Virus record (IMG/VR): IMGVR_UViG_3300024239_000015
Span: 124,001 to 188,000 of that record
DNA: 64,000 nucleotides
Reading direction: 5' to 3' (one strand)
A model generated the notes under the pieces. It made no database searches and was not told where the DNA came from. It worked only from the letters and a program-made list of their open reading frames with translations. A program made the position numbers and the translations under genes. Positions 37,777-48,409 of the stretch are shown here, in pieces. The stretch's first letter is position 1, and the number at the start of each line of letters is the position of its first letter.

Positions 37777-40497
37777 ATGAAACCAGTGATTACTCAAGGA
37801 AAAAGACTACAGGCGTTTCGAGAAAACCCAGTCGGAGCAGCCGTTGCTCTGAAGTTAGTCAAAGATCAACGCCATGCAGCACCTATTCGAAATGGAGCCA
37901 TAGCACCAGAGACGTCTACGCTTTCTAAACTCTCACAAACGACCGCCACGCGGATTGAAGATGCAAGGAATATCTTCGCGATTCTTCCAGAGACAGAACT
38001 CGTCAGACAGATCCTCGTGTCGTGCATCGTAAGTCCAAATGACTTACGCTCCCCTGAGCTTACATGGAAAGTGGAGAACTCCGTGCTGGCTCCAGCGCTT
38101 AGTAACGACTTACTGAAAGTGCTACGCGAGCACTTCGAGAAAGTCTATAAGATTAAAAATGACCTTCCGGAGTGGCTGTCGGATGCGTTGTTTGAGAAAG
38201 GCTCTCACCCTTTAGTGGTGCTACCAGAGTCGTCCATAGACGATCTGATTAACGTCAAGCCACGGTTAGCAAATGAAGCCTTTAAAAGCTACTTTGACGA
38301 GTCAGGTACGACACTGCGCCCGTTGGGCTTTCTTGGAAACCCGACCAGAGAACCAGCGTCACCTACCCCACGGGCTGCATTAGAGTCAGCGATGGGGTCA
38401 GCCAAACCCACCGCAGCGTACGATCCAAAGTTGGCGATTGGCGATGGCTTGATTACCGTGATCGATAGTTTCGACGCACTGAAACTTCCGAAGCTCTCAC
38501 ACGAGTTACGTAAGAACGTCACTAAACAGAAGATCCGTGATCACTTACCTAACGCAACGCGTAGTTCACTTGAAGCGATTAAAGTCACAGTGAAGCACAA
38601 AGAGCAGAAAGGGAATCCGAATGACCTGAACAGTCTGTATCGGAATAAACAAATGTTGGTGCGGGAAGTACAAACCGTTGCAACAACCGCACAGGCCAGT
38701 CGTGCTCCGATTGGCCATCCGTTGGTCTTACATTGCCCTGCTGAGGCGGTAATTCCTGTCACCCTACCGGGTTCTCCTAAAACAGCAGTGGGCTACTTTA
38801 TTCTGATTGATGAATTAGGTAATCCATTGTCACGTGCTCAGGCGAGTAGTTACTACAACCAGTTAAACTCTCGACTGAACCGGATGGGACAGAACTCAGG
38901 TGAACGTGGAGCGACTGACTTACTGAGTCGTTTGAACCAATACAGTACGGGGTTAATCCACGACGACCAAACGGTAGATATGTCAAAGATGTATCAGGCG
39001 TACGGGATGGTGGTGGACCAAGAGCTGAAGTCTCGGATCAAGAACGGAATCAACGGACAGGACGTAGAGATCGCTAAACCTGAAGAGGCCTACCGCATTA
39101 TGTTAGCGCGTCAGCTTGCGAACCAGCGTACGCAACTACTCTGGATTCCAGAAGAGCTGATGACGTACGTGGCGTATGACTACGACGACTTTGGGATTGG
39201 GGTCTCGCTGATCGAACGCTCAAAGATTCTCTCCAGTATCCGTGCGGTGTTAACTGTAACCAACACATTGACTGCGATTAAGAACTCTACCGCACGTCGA
39301 AGTATCGAGATCCAGTTAGACCCACGAGAAGAAGACCCACGTAAAGCGGTGGATATGCTGGTGACGGAAATCGCTCGTGTGCAAGGCGGTGCGTACCCGA
39401 TTGGTAGTTTTTCTCCTGTACAAATCCAAGACAACGTGAGGATGGCAGGGATTGAAGTCAACGTCACAGGACACCCTGCATATCCTGAAACGAAAGTCTC
39501 TCAGAATGACATCCAGTCTAACCGGGTGGAGATTGACTCTAACTTTGACGACACGATGCGTAAGCGTTGGTTGATGTCGTTTGGTTTAACTCCTGAAACT
39601 ATCGATACGGCATCAGGTGCTGATTTTGCAGCCTCTGTGATTCAGTCTAATGCGTTACTGAACAAACGCGTTGCAGTGTACCAAGAAACAACCAGTGAGT
39701 TCTTGGTAGATCACGTACGTAAGTACACGCAAGCATCTGGGGGTTTGTTAAAAGAATTGTACACGAAAATCGTAGAGTACATCAACGATGAATCCAAACC
39801 TGTATTGAAAGACGACCAAACGGGTGAGGACATTCAAGACGTTGCGCCAGATGACGTACTGGAATCGTTCTTGGATTCACTGAAGATCACACTACCTGCT
39901 CCAGACTCTACCAAACTGGAAACGACACGTGACTTACTGACAAACTACCAAGACTTGCTGAAACAAGCAGTGGAAGAATTCTTACCGCGTGACGTATTGG
40001 CTGCGATGGGTGGGAGTGAAGGCTCTGATCGCTACGATCAAACCAAAGCGGCTGTGATCAGTTACTTCACTCGGAAGTTCATGGCAGAAAACAACATCCT
40101 ACCAGAACTGCAAGAGTTACTGAACAACGACGAGTTAGAGCAAACGGGATTCAACTTAAAAGAAGACCACTTGGCTTTATACGAGGCGTTACAGGTCACG
40201 ATTGGGGACTTTGTGAAAGGGGTGGCGTACTACAACGACAAACGAAACGAGCAAGTGAATGCGGAGTTAGAGCAAGAGCCTGCGGCGTCGGATGACACGA
40301 CGACCACCGATACCACAGAAGACACAGGAGGGGATGACGACTTTGGTGGAGACGACTCGTTTGGAGACGACTTCAACTTAGACGAAGAGCCTGAAACGGA
40401 AGAAACGGAAACTGAACCAGAGGAAACAGAAGAGCCTGAGGCTACCGCCGAAGAAACTCCGAAAGAAGAACCTGGATTAGACGAAGAACCTACGTAA
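37777..40497 (+). CDS. Portal protein (phiKZ gp129-like) with acidic tail
   Basis: ~906 aa from ATG 37777; opposite strand to neighbours as in phiKZ-like phages; D/E-rich C-terminus; ALE/SLE sites near the N-terminus. Confidence 0.7.
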   Translation: MKPVITQGKRLQAFRENPVGAAVALKLVKDQRHAAPIRNGAIAPETSTLSKLSQTTATRIEDARNIFAILPETELVRQILVSCIVSPNDLRSPELTWKVENSVLAPALSNDLLKVLREHFEKVYKIKNDLPEWLSDALFEKGSHPLVVLPESSIDDLINVKPRLANEAFKSYFDESGTTLRPLGFLGNPTREPASPTPRAALESAMGSAKPTAAYDPKLAIGDGLITVIDSFDALKLPKLSHELRKNVTKQKIRDHLPNATRSSLEAIKVTVKHKEQKGNPNDLNSLYRNKQMLVREVQTVATTAQASRAPIGHPLVLHCPAEAVIPVTLPGSPKTAVGYFILIDELGNPLSRAQASSYYNQLNSRLNRMGQNSGERGATDLLSRLNQYSTGLIHDDQTVDMSKMYQAYGMVVDQELKSRIKNGINGQDVEIAKPEEAYRIMLARQLANQRTQLLWIPEELMTYVAYDYDDFGIGVSLIERSKILSSIRAVLTVTNTLTAIKNSTARRSIEIQLDPREEDPRKAVDMLVTEIARVQGGAYPIGSFSPVQIQDNVRMAGIEVNVTGHPAYPETKVSQNDIQSNRVEIDSNFDDTMRKRWLMSFGLTPETIDTASGADFAASVIQSNALLNKRVAVYQETTSEFLVDHVRKYTQASGGLLKELYTKIVEYINDESKPVLKDDQTGEDIQDVAPDDVLESFLDSLKITLPAPDSTKLETTRDLLTNYQDLLKQAVEEFLPRDVLAAMGGSEGSDRYDQTKAAVISYFTRKFMAENNILPELQELLNNDELEQTGFNLKEDHLALYEALQVTIGDFVKGVAYYNDKRNEQVNAELEQEPAASDDTTTTDTTEDTGGDDDFGGDDSFGDDFNLDEEPETEETETEPEETEEPEATAEETPKEEPGLDEEPT

Positions 40498-40509
40498 GTA
40501 GACCAGCAT

Positions 40510-40533
40510 AGGGAGGAGCTTGAGCTCCTCCCT
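40510..40533. terminator. Bidirectional terminator
   Basis: agggaggagct/agctcctccct between convergent genes. Confidence 0.8.
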
Positions 40534-41244
40534 TTATGCTTTCATTTCTAAGCGAGGACGACCTTGTGGGATCACAGAGAAATGGTCACGGTATAGACTC
40601 TTGATCTGTGTTTCTATCTCAGGAGTTTTCTCTCCGTGTTGTGCGGTGATTAAGTCACTGCCTTGTAACCACTCTGGTAAGACTTTGTAGTCATTCCGTG
40701 TAGACTCTAAGTACTCTGGTAACTCTAAGTCGATTTTCACCCACGGACAGATAGCGTCACTGTCTGTAAAGAAGACGTCCACTTCGTACACCAGTTGAGT
40801 CTTTTCGTCGGGTTGGTCTGGATGACTGACGGTAGGACCACTCACACGAAACCTTTGCTTGTACATTCCTTCTGTAAACAGAGTTTTGAAATGCATAAAC
40901 ATCGCACGACTGGATTCTACTTCGACTTCACTTTTACCAAACGAGTCATCACTGGACCAGACTTTCGTCGTCAGGATGTACTCGTCTTCTATAGCGTCTT
41001 CGGATACCCGACTGTAACGGTCTGTGCAGGCCCGCATGCGTATCGTCCCGTTTTCGGCACGGTGACTAAACTGCTCTTGGATTTCTGTGCTGATCGCTTT
41101 AGCTTGTAACTCTACAAACTGCTCTGGAGTAAACTGCGTGTAGAACACCAACTCAATCTCTTTGCGTGCTTGTCCGTCTACCATAGACTCTAAGGCAAGT
41201 AAAGACTCTACAGACAGTAAAGCACTCTTTAAGGAAGTAACCAT
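40534..41244 (-). CDS. CYTH-like (triphosphate tunnel metalloenzyme) protein with N-terminal SxE/AxE sites
   Basis: KEIELVF (ExExK-like), RMR, YILTTK, EVE, YEVDVF, KIDLE; start at 41244 behind GAGAGG. Confidence 0.7.
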   Translation of the reverse strand: MVTSLKSALLSVESLLALESMVDGQARKEIELVFYTQFTPEQFVELQAKAISTEIQEQFSHRAENGTIRMRACTDRYSRVSEDAIEDEYILTTKVWSSDDSFGKSEVEVESSRAMFMHFKTLFTEGMYKQRFRVSGPTVSHPDQPDEKTQLVYEVDVFFTDSDAICPWVKIDLELPEYLESTRNDYKVLPEWLQGSDLITAQHGEKTPEIETQIKSLYRDHFSVIPQGRPRLEMKA

Positions 41245-41295
41245 TTGAACCCCTCTCAAGGGAAAAAAAGAACACATAGAATTTAAACCAAAAAA

Positions 41296-41319
41296 AAGAG
41301 GAACCCGAAGGCTCCTCTT
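41296..41319 (-). terminator. Intrinsic terminator (UUCG loop)
   Basis: aagagga..cgaa..tcctctt plus T8. Confidence 0.75.
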
Positions 41320-41354
41320 CAAAATTCCCCTGTGAAGGAGAGGTACAAGTGTTG

Positions 41355-43181
41355 TTATAACTCGGTGGCGCTGTAACGAATCACGTAGGTTGTACTACCA
41401 TCTGCGTCTTTGTTCAGAGCAATCAGTTCGAAGATCTGATTGTCTTGCGTAGTAAAGAACCGACGAGTATGACCGTACTTCGACGTTACGCCTTTCTCTA
41501 CCAGCGTTCCTAAGAAGCTGTGTAAAGCAGGGAACGACTCACGAGTGACTGCACCAATGGCTTCTTCCATCAGAATCCCAAGCTGTGCTGAGAGCATTGG
41601 AATCTGTGCGACTAAAGAAACCTCACGACGCCAGATGCTGCGCGTCACGAACTCAGAGTTGTGGTCTACCGTCAGCTGACGTAAATAAGGAGCTTTCTCA
41701 AGTTCCTCTGCGCTCACGTGACAGTAGTTACACGCTCGTTTGATCAACTGTTTCATGTGGGCTGGTATACCCACTAAAGAATTCCAGTTTGGACCGAAAC
41801 GTTCTTTTGCAAAACTACGTAAGCGTTCGTTCGCTGGTTCGTAGTCTGCTGAGAAACTCGTCATCTCAAACGACTGATCTCCTACAGAGTATTGACGATA
41901 CGTGTTGTACATCCGTGTCAGTCGGGTGTTTAAGTCCCCGGCTAACAAACGAACGATTTCGCTCTTTGCGCAACTCAGTGCTGGAGTCAGTAACTCCAGT
42001 AACGCATCTACCGAAAGTTCATTCAGATGTGTACCGTAATCGAAGAACCCTTTGAGGCCTTGCTCGTAGTCACTGAATAACTTGTACTCCAGCTTCTGGT
42101 CATCCGACATATTCGCGTCAGAGTCAAATGCGCACACCAGTTGGTGAGAGATCACTGTAAAGTAGCCTACGCCATTTTGGTACGCTTCTCCACCCTTCGC
42201 TATACGCTCCTGACGCATCAGAGTCGCAGGAGTCAGTGCAGCCAGTACACCAGGGGCGTAAATCGGCTCTAAGCGCTCAAAGAGCTCTACGCTGTCTGTG
42301 GCTTGATACAGTGGAGAGTCTGTAGCTTTTGCACTACTACGTGGAACGTCTACAATAAAGTCCCAGAAGTTCTGACCGCCTAAGACGTCACCTACGTCAA
42401 TGGTCGTAGGAGTGACTAAGCCAGTGAATAAATGATCTTCTAACCGCACGGTTGGGTCCTCTTCTATCCGTTCTATACACACACCGTCTACGACAGTGCT
42501 AGTTTTTACAACGCCGTCTAGCGCTTGGAAGACTAAACTAGCAGGACAACCTGCTGGATACACTTTGCGACTCACAAGTACCTCCACGGGGGTTGCTGTA
42601 GAGGCCATAGGAGCACTCACAGTCGTATGGGTTTGTACAGGGGTATGGATAGCAGAGGTTGCTAAACTTACCTGCTGAGGTTGGTAACTCCCAGAGACCG
42701 GAATGTGGTTTGGTACAACCACCTGCGGTTGGTACTGCTGCTGTGGGAAGTACGTCGACATCGGCTCTGATGGACGAGCGTGTACTGGAGGGACGTATGT
42801 ATTTGGAGCCTGCTGTAAACGCTGCTCAAAATTCATTAAGTCACGATCCAGCTGTGCTCGTGTGTTGAGCATAGCGTTGTAGTCCGCTTGCTCTTGTGGA
42901 GACATTTGGTACAACAGATTCGGGTTCTGAGACACCAGTGTCGCTGCCTGCACACCCGCAGAGATTTTCACCGCTTCACGGATGTACGATCCGCTTTGCG
43001 CCATTTGCAGTTGTGTGGCTTGGAACATCACCGCTACTGCATTGGTGTTTTGTGTTAGCTTCTGCATGTTCTGTGGAACACGGCAGTAGTCCGCTAACGT
43101 CCTGTACATTACGCCATTGTTAGCGTACTGGTTTACGAACTGCACCAACTCAGTGTGGACTAATTGAATTAAATTACTCAT
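41355..43181 (-). CDS. Conserved jumbo-phage hypothetical protein with Gln/Pro-rich linker
   Basis: 608-aa ORF downstream of the RNAP subunit. Confidence 0.75.
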   Translation of the reverse strand: MSNLIQLVHTELVQFVNQYANNGVMYRTLADYCRVPQNMQKLTQNTNAVAVMFQATQLQMAQSGSYIREAVKISAGVQAATLVSQNPNLLYQMSPQEQADYNAMLNTRAQLDRDLMNFEQRLQQAPNTYVPPVHARPSEPMSTYFPQQQYQPQVVVPNHIPVSGSYQPQQVSLATSAIHTPVQTHTTVSAPMASTATPVEVLVSRKVYPAGCPASLVFQALDGVVKTSTVVDGVCIERIEEDPTVRLEDHLFTGLVTPTTIDVGDVLGGQNFWDFIVDVPRSSAKATDSPLYQATDSVELFERLEPIYAPGVLAALTPATLMRQERIAKGGEAYQNGVGYFTVISHQLVCAFDSDANMSDDQKLEYKLFSDYEQGLKGFFDYGTHLNELSVDALLELLTPALSCAKSEIVRLLAGDLNTRLTRMYNTYRQYSVGDQSFEMTSFSADYEPANERLRSFAKERFGPNWNSLVGIPAHMKQLIKRACNYCHVSAEELEKAPYLRQLTVDHNSEFVTRSIWRREVSLVAQIPMLSAQLGILMEEAIGAVTRESFPALHSFLGTLVEKGVTSKYGHTRRFFTTQDNQIFELIALNKDADGSTTYVIRYSATEL

Positions 43182-43211
43182 GTACCTTTTCCTTCTTTAC
43201 CTTTTATTCTT

Positions 43212-44813
43212 TTAACGTTCAAAGATCTCTTGTGCACGATCCAGCAAAGGTTGGAACTCGGGGTTCGGTAACACCGTTCCATCTGCTTGGACGTTTGCAG
43301 CTAAGTTTAACTTACCACGGCCTGTGGGGTCTGACTTCGGTTGGTTGGGGTAACTACCAACACTGGCGATACTGGAATGCAGCGCACGTGCGGGATCGGT
43401 CAAACTGACTTTACTCCGGCTACGTCCCCCTGTAGCATCACTTTGTAACACCAACGCACCAGTGAACTTATACGCCATATTGTCTCCAGGAGACGACACC
43501 ACGCTTACTTCCCCATGCCCTCTGGAGAGGTTAAAGATCAGTTCGGGTTTGATGTACTTAGAGATTGCCATTGTCAGACGCCGCTCGTTCAGCTGCCGTC
43601 GGTTGTCATTCTTAATACGGAATGAGAACTTAAAGATCGCTTGCACGATGTCTGATAACACATACCGCAGTACGCGTAAGCGTTTTCCATGCATGGTCCC
43701 AGGGTTGGTGGTCATGATCCACATCGAGATGTTTTGGATGACGTACGCAAAGAACTCGTAGGTATCATTGCAATAAATACCTGCTTCAGCAAGCTCTTCC
43801 CGCACCACTGCATCCACGTAGGAATCAGTGGAGTCCAAATGCACCAAGGTGTTTTCATACACCTTCCCTTCCCGTGAGTCATTCTTGAAGATAATCAACC
43901 CCAGAATGGTTGTCCACACCCGTACGTGATCACAGTACTGAGGGAGTAACCGTTCTGGATAGTTATCCACCACGTAGAAAAACCCAGCAATTAAGTTACA
44001 GCTAAACTCATTCCAAAACTCCCGTGGGATCGCTAACCGTACTTTAGAAGGACGGTACATTTTCCTCGCTACACCGCGAATCGTTTTTGGAGCTACCCCT
44101 AACGACGTACAGATCACCCAATCGGATTCTGGGAAGTCTGAGAGTTTACGTTCTGGACCAAACAGCTGTACGTTACACGTCTCCCCAAAGATGCGTTTAA
44201 ACGTACCGATCACTCCAAACTTACAGAACAAGTAATGTGTCAGTGTGGTGTACATGACGTTCTTACCTGATTCTTTTTCAGCGTAGGAGTGCACGCCGCT
44301 CCACACCGCATAGCCTGTCGCTGGTTTCCCGTTTTGTTGGAAGGAGTGACTCAAGCGCTCGTATGTGAGCTTGCTACGACTGAACGGCATATAGATCCCG
44401 TTTTTTGTCACGGAGATCGTAATGTCAGCCAGTACTGGATGGATGGTGTGTTCTGGACCACGTAAGCGTATTCTGCCTGCTTGATCCGTAAAAGGTAAAT
44501 ACAAATACCGAGGCTCGAGTTGACGCCCTTGGTAGGAAAGATACACTTTGGTTAAAAAGACATCGGTAGGTGCCATTTCTAATTGGTGCTTTCCATGCCG
44601 TTTTCCAGAGACGAAGTTAAAGTGTTCTTCTGGAGTACAGCGTTCCATTCGTAAGTACTTGACAGACTCTGGCCAGTCTTCTGCAGCACAGCGCCAGATC
44701 ATGTCAATGTGAGACATGGCGTGTTTGAGGTGGGTGTACACCACGCCTTCTTTCACGTGTGGGTTAAAGGGCGGTACGACTGCTTTCGCCGCCCGCTGGA
44801 GTAGTTGACTCAA
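43212..44813 (-). CDS. Non-virion RNA polymerase beta subunit, N-terminal part (phiKZ gp123-like)
   Basis: 533 aa, GRIRLRGPEHTIHPVLAD; position two genes downstream of the major capsid as in phiKZ. Confidence 0.75.
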   Translation of the reverse strand: MSQLLQRAAKAVVPPFNPHVKEGVVYTHLKHAMSHIDMIWRCAAEDWPESVKYLRMERCTPEEHFNFVSGKRHGKHQLEMAPTDVFLTKVYLSYQGRQLEPRYLYLPFTDQAGRIRLRGPEHTIHPVLADITISVTKNGIYMPFSRSKLTYERLSHSFQQNGKPATGYAVWSGVHSYAEKESGKNVMYTTLTHYLFCKFGVIGTFKRIFGETCNVQLFGPERKLSDFPESDWVICTSLGVAPKTIRGVARKMYRPSKVRLAIPREFWNEFSCNLIAGFFYVVDNYPERLLPQYCDHVRVWTTILGLIIFKNDSREGKVYENTLVHLDSTDSYVDAVVREELAEAGIYCNDTYEFFAYVIQNISMWIMTTNPGTMHGKRLRVLRYVLSDIVQAIFKFSFRIKNDNRRQLNERRLTMAISKYIKPELIFNLSRGHGEVSVVSSPGDNMAYKFTGALVLQSDATGGRSRSKVSLTDPARALHSSIASVGSYPNQPKSDPTGRGKLNLAANVQADGTVLPNPEFQPLLDRAQEIFER

Positions 44814-44845
44814 TAGCTTTCCTCCTAGTCAAAGGGTTGGTGGGT

Positions 44846-45988
44846 TTACTTCCGTGCAATAGCCACTAAACTAATCACTAACGTAACGACACTGATACCC
44901 AGCTTGATGATATCGCTGAGGTCTTTACGCTGTGCTTGTTTGTCAGCTAAACGGTCTTCTTCGTACTTCTTCTTCAGATCACGTTCGAAGTCTTTTCTCT
45001 CCTGTTTGGCTTTACGCTTGCGTGCTTTGCGTTCTTCCTCCAGGATGTCTTTATCTGCGTCGTACTTGTCGTTGGCGATGTCTTTCTTTAGACGCAACAA
45101 CTCAGCATCGAGTTCTTGTTGTTTTGCTTTGAGCTCACGTTCTTTACGTGTGATCTCATCGCCGAACTCTAATGCAGCACGCGCTGATTTAAAGAACTTA
45201 TACGGACTTTTATCGGTGTCGTAATCGGTCACAGAGATATAAGTCAGTATGTTATTTTTAGCCGCATTCCCCAGTTTCTGCCACCCCCACGTGTAGACGT
45301 AAAAACCACAGGGTCGGTCTTTGTCTTTTTGTGGTGTGATAGTGACTACGTGACCCCCTACGTTAACGTAGTGCTCACCAATCAGGTTTTCGTTGTCGAT
45401 CAGTTCAAACAGTAACCCACATGGATTTTGTTTGACGGGTGCGTCGTCTAGACTTTCTCGACACTCTTGTAGTACAGAGTGAGGGTGGATAGGCCAGTCG
45501 TCGTCCCTTGTTTTTCCAGTACGGTCTACGAACACGACATCTAAGTCCGTTGAGTAGATAAACCCGCCGGCGTCTTTGATATCCTCGTAGTGATGGTAAC
45601 TGGTTTTTACGTATCCACGGCCTTTGGTGTTTAAGCGCCATTTCGGGATACGGTCGATTTCTTCTTTGCTGAGTAGATGTAGCTGTGGGTTGTCTTCTAA
45701 CTCGATCAGGTCAGGACGCATGGTGTGGTCGATAATTTGTTCGACCATCAACCGTCCTTCTAACGTGGGATCTCTAGAGGTCCCTGAGGATGGAATCTTT
45801 ACTGCGCTTCCGTCGCGCAGGACCATCCATAAGTCTTTTCCTGTAAAGTTGTAATAACGCACGTCACTCATGATCGCGTTACGCGTACCTAAGTCCGTAC
45901 AGTCTCGCTCTACGACGCGAGCTTTTACAGGACGCGCGTTTGGAACACGCGCTAGATATTGTCCTAATAAATTCGCTGGGTTATTCAC
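44846..45988 (-). CDS. Conserved jumbo-phage protein with coiled coil and C-terminal TM
   Basis: K/E-rich helix, then IIKLGISVVTLVISLVAIA. Confidence 0.75.
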   Translation of the reverse strand: MNNPANLLGQYLARVPNARPVKARVVERDCTDLGTRNAIMSDVRYYNFTGKDLWMVLRDGSAVKIPSSGTSRDPTLEGRLMVEQIIDHTMRPDLIELEDNPQLHLLSKEEIDRIPKWRLNTKGRGYVKTSYHHYEDIKDAGGFIYSTDLDVVFVDRTGKTRDDDWPIHPHSVLQECRESLDDAPVKQNPCGLLFELIDNENLIGEHYVNVGGHVVTITPQKDKDRPCGFYVYTWGWQKLGNAAKNNILTYISVTDYDTDKSPYKFFKSARAALEFGDEITRKERELKAKQQELDAELLRLKKDIANDKYDADKDILEEERKARKRKAKQERKDFERDLKKKYEEDRLADKQAQRKDLSDIIKLGISVVTLVISLVAIARK

Positions 45989-46181
45989 GATACCACTGAA
46001 TCCTTTTACAGTCTCTTTTGAAAAGAACGAAGCTAATGGGAAAACGCTGTACTAAGCGACCTTAGTTGGACGCTACCTAAAAGCTCGGGTCACCCCGCGT
46101 GACCAATTCAACCAAGCGACTTCTAAACGTTCCACGGTTTAGGGAGTTGCGAGGCTGAATGATCGTAGATTACTCAAAAAA

Positions 46182-46207
46182 ATAATATATATCTGTAATG
46201 GATTCGA
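46182..46207 (-). promoter_or_regulatory. Degenerate copy of the 26-bp promoter-like motif
   Basis: ataatatatatctgtaatggattcga, abutting the capsid terminator like the 28520 and 60318 copies. Confidence 0.5.
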
Positions 46208-46214
46208 CACGGCA

Positions 46215-46243
46215 TAGAAGGAGAGCACGAAGCTCTCCTTCTA
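46215..46243 (-). terminator. Terminator of the major capsid gene
   Basis: tagaaggagagc/gctctccttcta followed by TGCCG. Confidence 0.8.
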
Positions 46244-46264
46244 AAGGGTATTCCACAATGGCGC

Positions 46265-48409
46265 TTATGGCGTTACTGGGTTGTTGATGAACTCGACTGC
46301 ACCAGAGGTGATCAGTTCCAGTTCTTCTACGTCGATCTCGATCTGCACTGGGCAGTTCAGGATGTGACGGTTACGACGTTGTACGCCTACTTCCATCGCT
46401 AATGAACCATCGCGGATCATCTGGATTTCACCGACTAACTCAGGAATCCAAATGTGGTTACCGTAGTTCAGTGGGTGGTACTCAGCACCATCAGTTAAAC
46501 GCAGGGCGATCATGATCTTACCGCGCATTAAACGGTTGTTGGTAGAAACCACTTCTGGTTTCAGCAGAGGACCTACAGTACGGTCATCACCTTGTACCAT
46601 CAGGTATTGTGGTAATGTAGTATCTGTACCCATTACGACGGTTGGTTTCTGTTCTACACCGCCAGTCATTGCTGACACGGCTGCCCAGTAACCAGACACA
46701 GTCATTGCTTCAGCAACAGCCTGACCGATCAACGTGGTGAAATAACCTTGGATGTCAGCCAGCTTGTCCTGAGAACGAACGCTGTTTAACACTTCAGACA
46801 TTTTCACGTTGATGTAACGGTAGTAAGGCTTCACTAACTCACGACCTAAACCTTCCACTTTTGGAACGATACCAGTGTCCTGGTACGCTTCATACGCAGA
46901 ACGAATCAGAGACGCGTTGTCCAGCAGTTGCTGTACAGCAGCGTTGTTCGTTTGTACGCGAGTGGTGTTGATCAGTGACTCCGTGTTCACAGAAGCATCG
47001 TAAGACGCGTCGGCGTTTACTGGCTTGGTGTAGTGCACTGGAGCGTGTACTGGGATGGTGTAACCTTCACGACGGATGTTTTGTTCCACCAGGATACCAC
47101 GGCTGCGGTAGTTGCTGTTGGTACGACGAGCTGACAACTCAAAGCTATCTAATTCGAACGTTACACCAGTCACGTCAGCTGCGCCAGTACCGATGTTGTT
47201 ACCGTTAGCGTCGAATACGCGAACGATTTCCACCTGACCTGACATGTACAGGTTACCTGACTGAACGTTCAGATCACCTTTGAAGCGCAGACGCACTTGT
47301 ACTTTACCAGTGAATGCAGCAAACGCAGGAACCACAGCACCAGCGATGTCTTTGGTTGCAGAACTGAACGTTACTGTGTCGACGTTCATGTTCAGTAACA
47401 TCTCTCTCCAATCGCCTTCTGGCGTTTTGAAGAACTGAGTGCCTGGAGCATTACGTAGATCAACGAACACGTAGCTTTCGTCAGTGGCTTTGGTCACTTT
47501 CAACCAAGCACCTACTACTTTCGCAGCTGGGTCAATGGCATCTTGCTCAGTGAACACGTTGTTGCTCAGCAGCGTTGGGTGAGCAGACAGACCTAACAGA
47601 CCGATTGACTTATCAAACACCAGCGGAGCAGTAGGAACGTTGACAGAACCCACGGCACGAGTAGAGGCTAAACCAGCTACTGCAGAGAAATAAGCGTTCT
47701 GACTGTTGTCTGGGTTTTTGTACGGCACCAGGTCAGTGATGTTGTTTTTCAGGATGTCAGGGTTTACCACTGCATCTAACAGAGACTTACGGTTGAAGTC
47801 AGCTTCAGCACCACCGTTCACGTGTTTGTAGCCTGGGTACACTAACGTACGGTCTACTTGCACCATGAAGATCGATTGGTCAGGAGTAGCAACGATCGTT
47901 GGGAAAAACGCTTCAGCGAAATCGTCCTGACGGGCAGACAGTACGTTCCACGTGATGGTCTGCTCAATGTAGTTTTGAGCGTTGGTACGGTCGAAAGCTT
48001 CCTGAGAGAAATTCGGTTGGAATAACATCTCACCGTTCTGAGCGTTTGGAGTCCACTGTACAGAAGGAACACCCGCTTTCGAACCCCAGCTGTTTAAGTT
48101 GTTACGTGCTAACGCAACGACTGTAGCGGCTTCTAAACCTAAGCTTAAACGCTCTAACGCAGCTTTGTTGCCAGTCAGATCGATTTTACTGTTTTCGAAA
48201 GCAGTTTTCAACGCACCTTCCAGTTCGTTATTCACAGAACTGAACGTACCTTTTAATGCTTGGGTATCCTGGAAGCTCAGAGACTCTGCGGACAGAATCT
48301 TTTGGCCTACGGCAGAATCTGCAGCTTGGCGAGCCAGTGCTGCTTTTACTTGTGTTTGCAGATTACCTACAAACGTACCGGCCGATTGGCCTAATGCGAA
48401 CTTTGACAT
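46265..48409 (-). CDS. Major capsid protein (phiKZ gp120-like)
   Basis: 714 aa; QDDFAEAFFPTIVATPDQ; highly-expressed codon usage; propeptide with several SxE/AxE sites ending FSQE-AFD. Confidence 0.9.
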   Translation of the reverse strand: MSKFALGQSAGTFVGNLQTQVKAALARQAADSAVGQKILSAESLSFQDTQALKGTFSSVNNELEGALKTAFENSKIDLTGNKAALERLSLGLEAATVVALARNNLNSWGSKAGVPSVQWTPNAQNGEMLFQPNFSQEAFDRTNAQNYIEQTITWNVLSARQDDFAEAFFPTIVATPDQSIFMVQVDRTLVYPGYKHVNGGAEADFNRKSLLDAVVNPDILKNNITDLVPYKNPDNSQNAYFSAVAGLASTRAVGSVNVPTAPLVFDKSIGLLGLSAHPTLLSNNVFTEQDAIDPAAKVVGAWLKVTKATDESYVFVDLRNAPGTQFFKTPEGDWREMLLNMNVDTVTFSSATKDIAGAVVPAFAAFTGKVQVRLRFKGDLNVQSGNLYMSGQVEIVRVFDANGNNIGTGAADVTGVTFELDSFELSARRTNSNYRSRGILVEQNIRREGYTIPVHAPVHYTKPVNADASYDASVNTESLINTTRVQTNNAAVQQLLDNASLIRSAYEAYQDTGIVPKVEGLGRELVKPYYRYINVKMSEVLNSVRSQDKLADIQGYFTTLIGQAVAEAMTVSGYWAAVSAMTGGVEQKPTVVMGTDTTLPQYLMVQGDDRTVGPLLKPEVVSTNNRLMRGKIMIALRLTDGAEYHPLNYGNHIWIPELVGEIQMIRDGSLAMEVGVQRRNRHILNCPVQIEIDVEELELITSGAVEFINNPVTP

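Noticed and set aside
40275-40497. Acidic low-complexity repeats (gaagaa/gacgac) at the portal 3' end
   Set aside because: A D/E-rich disordered tail of the coding sequence, not a DNA repeat element
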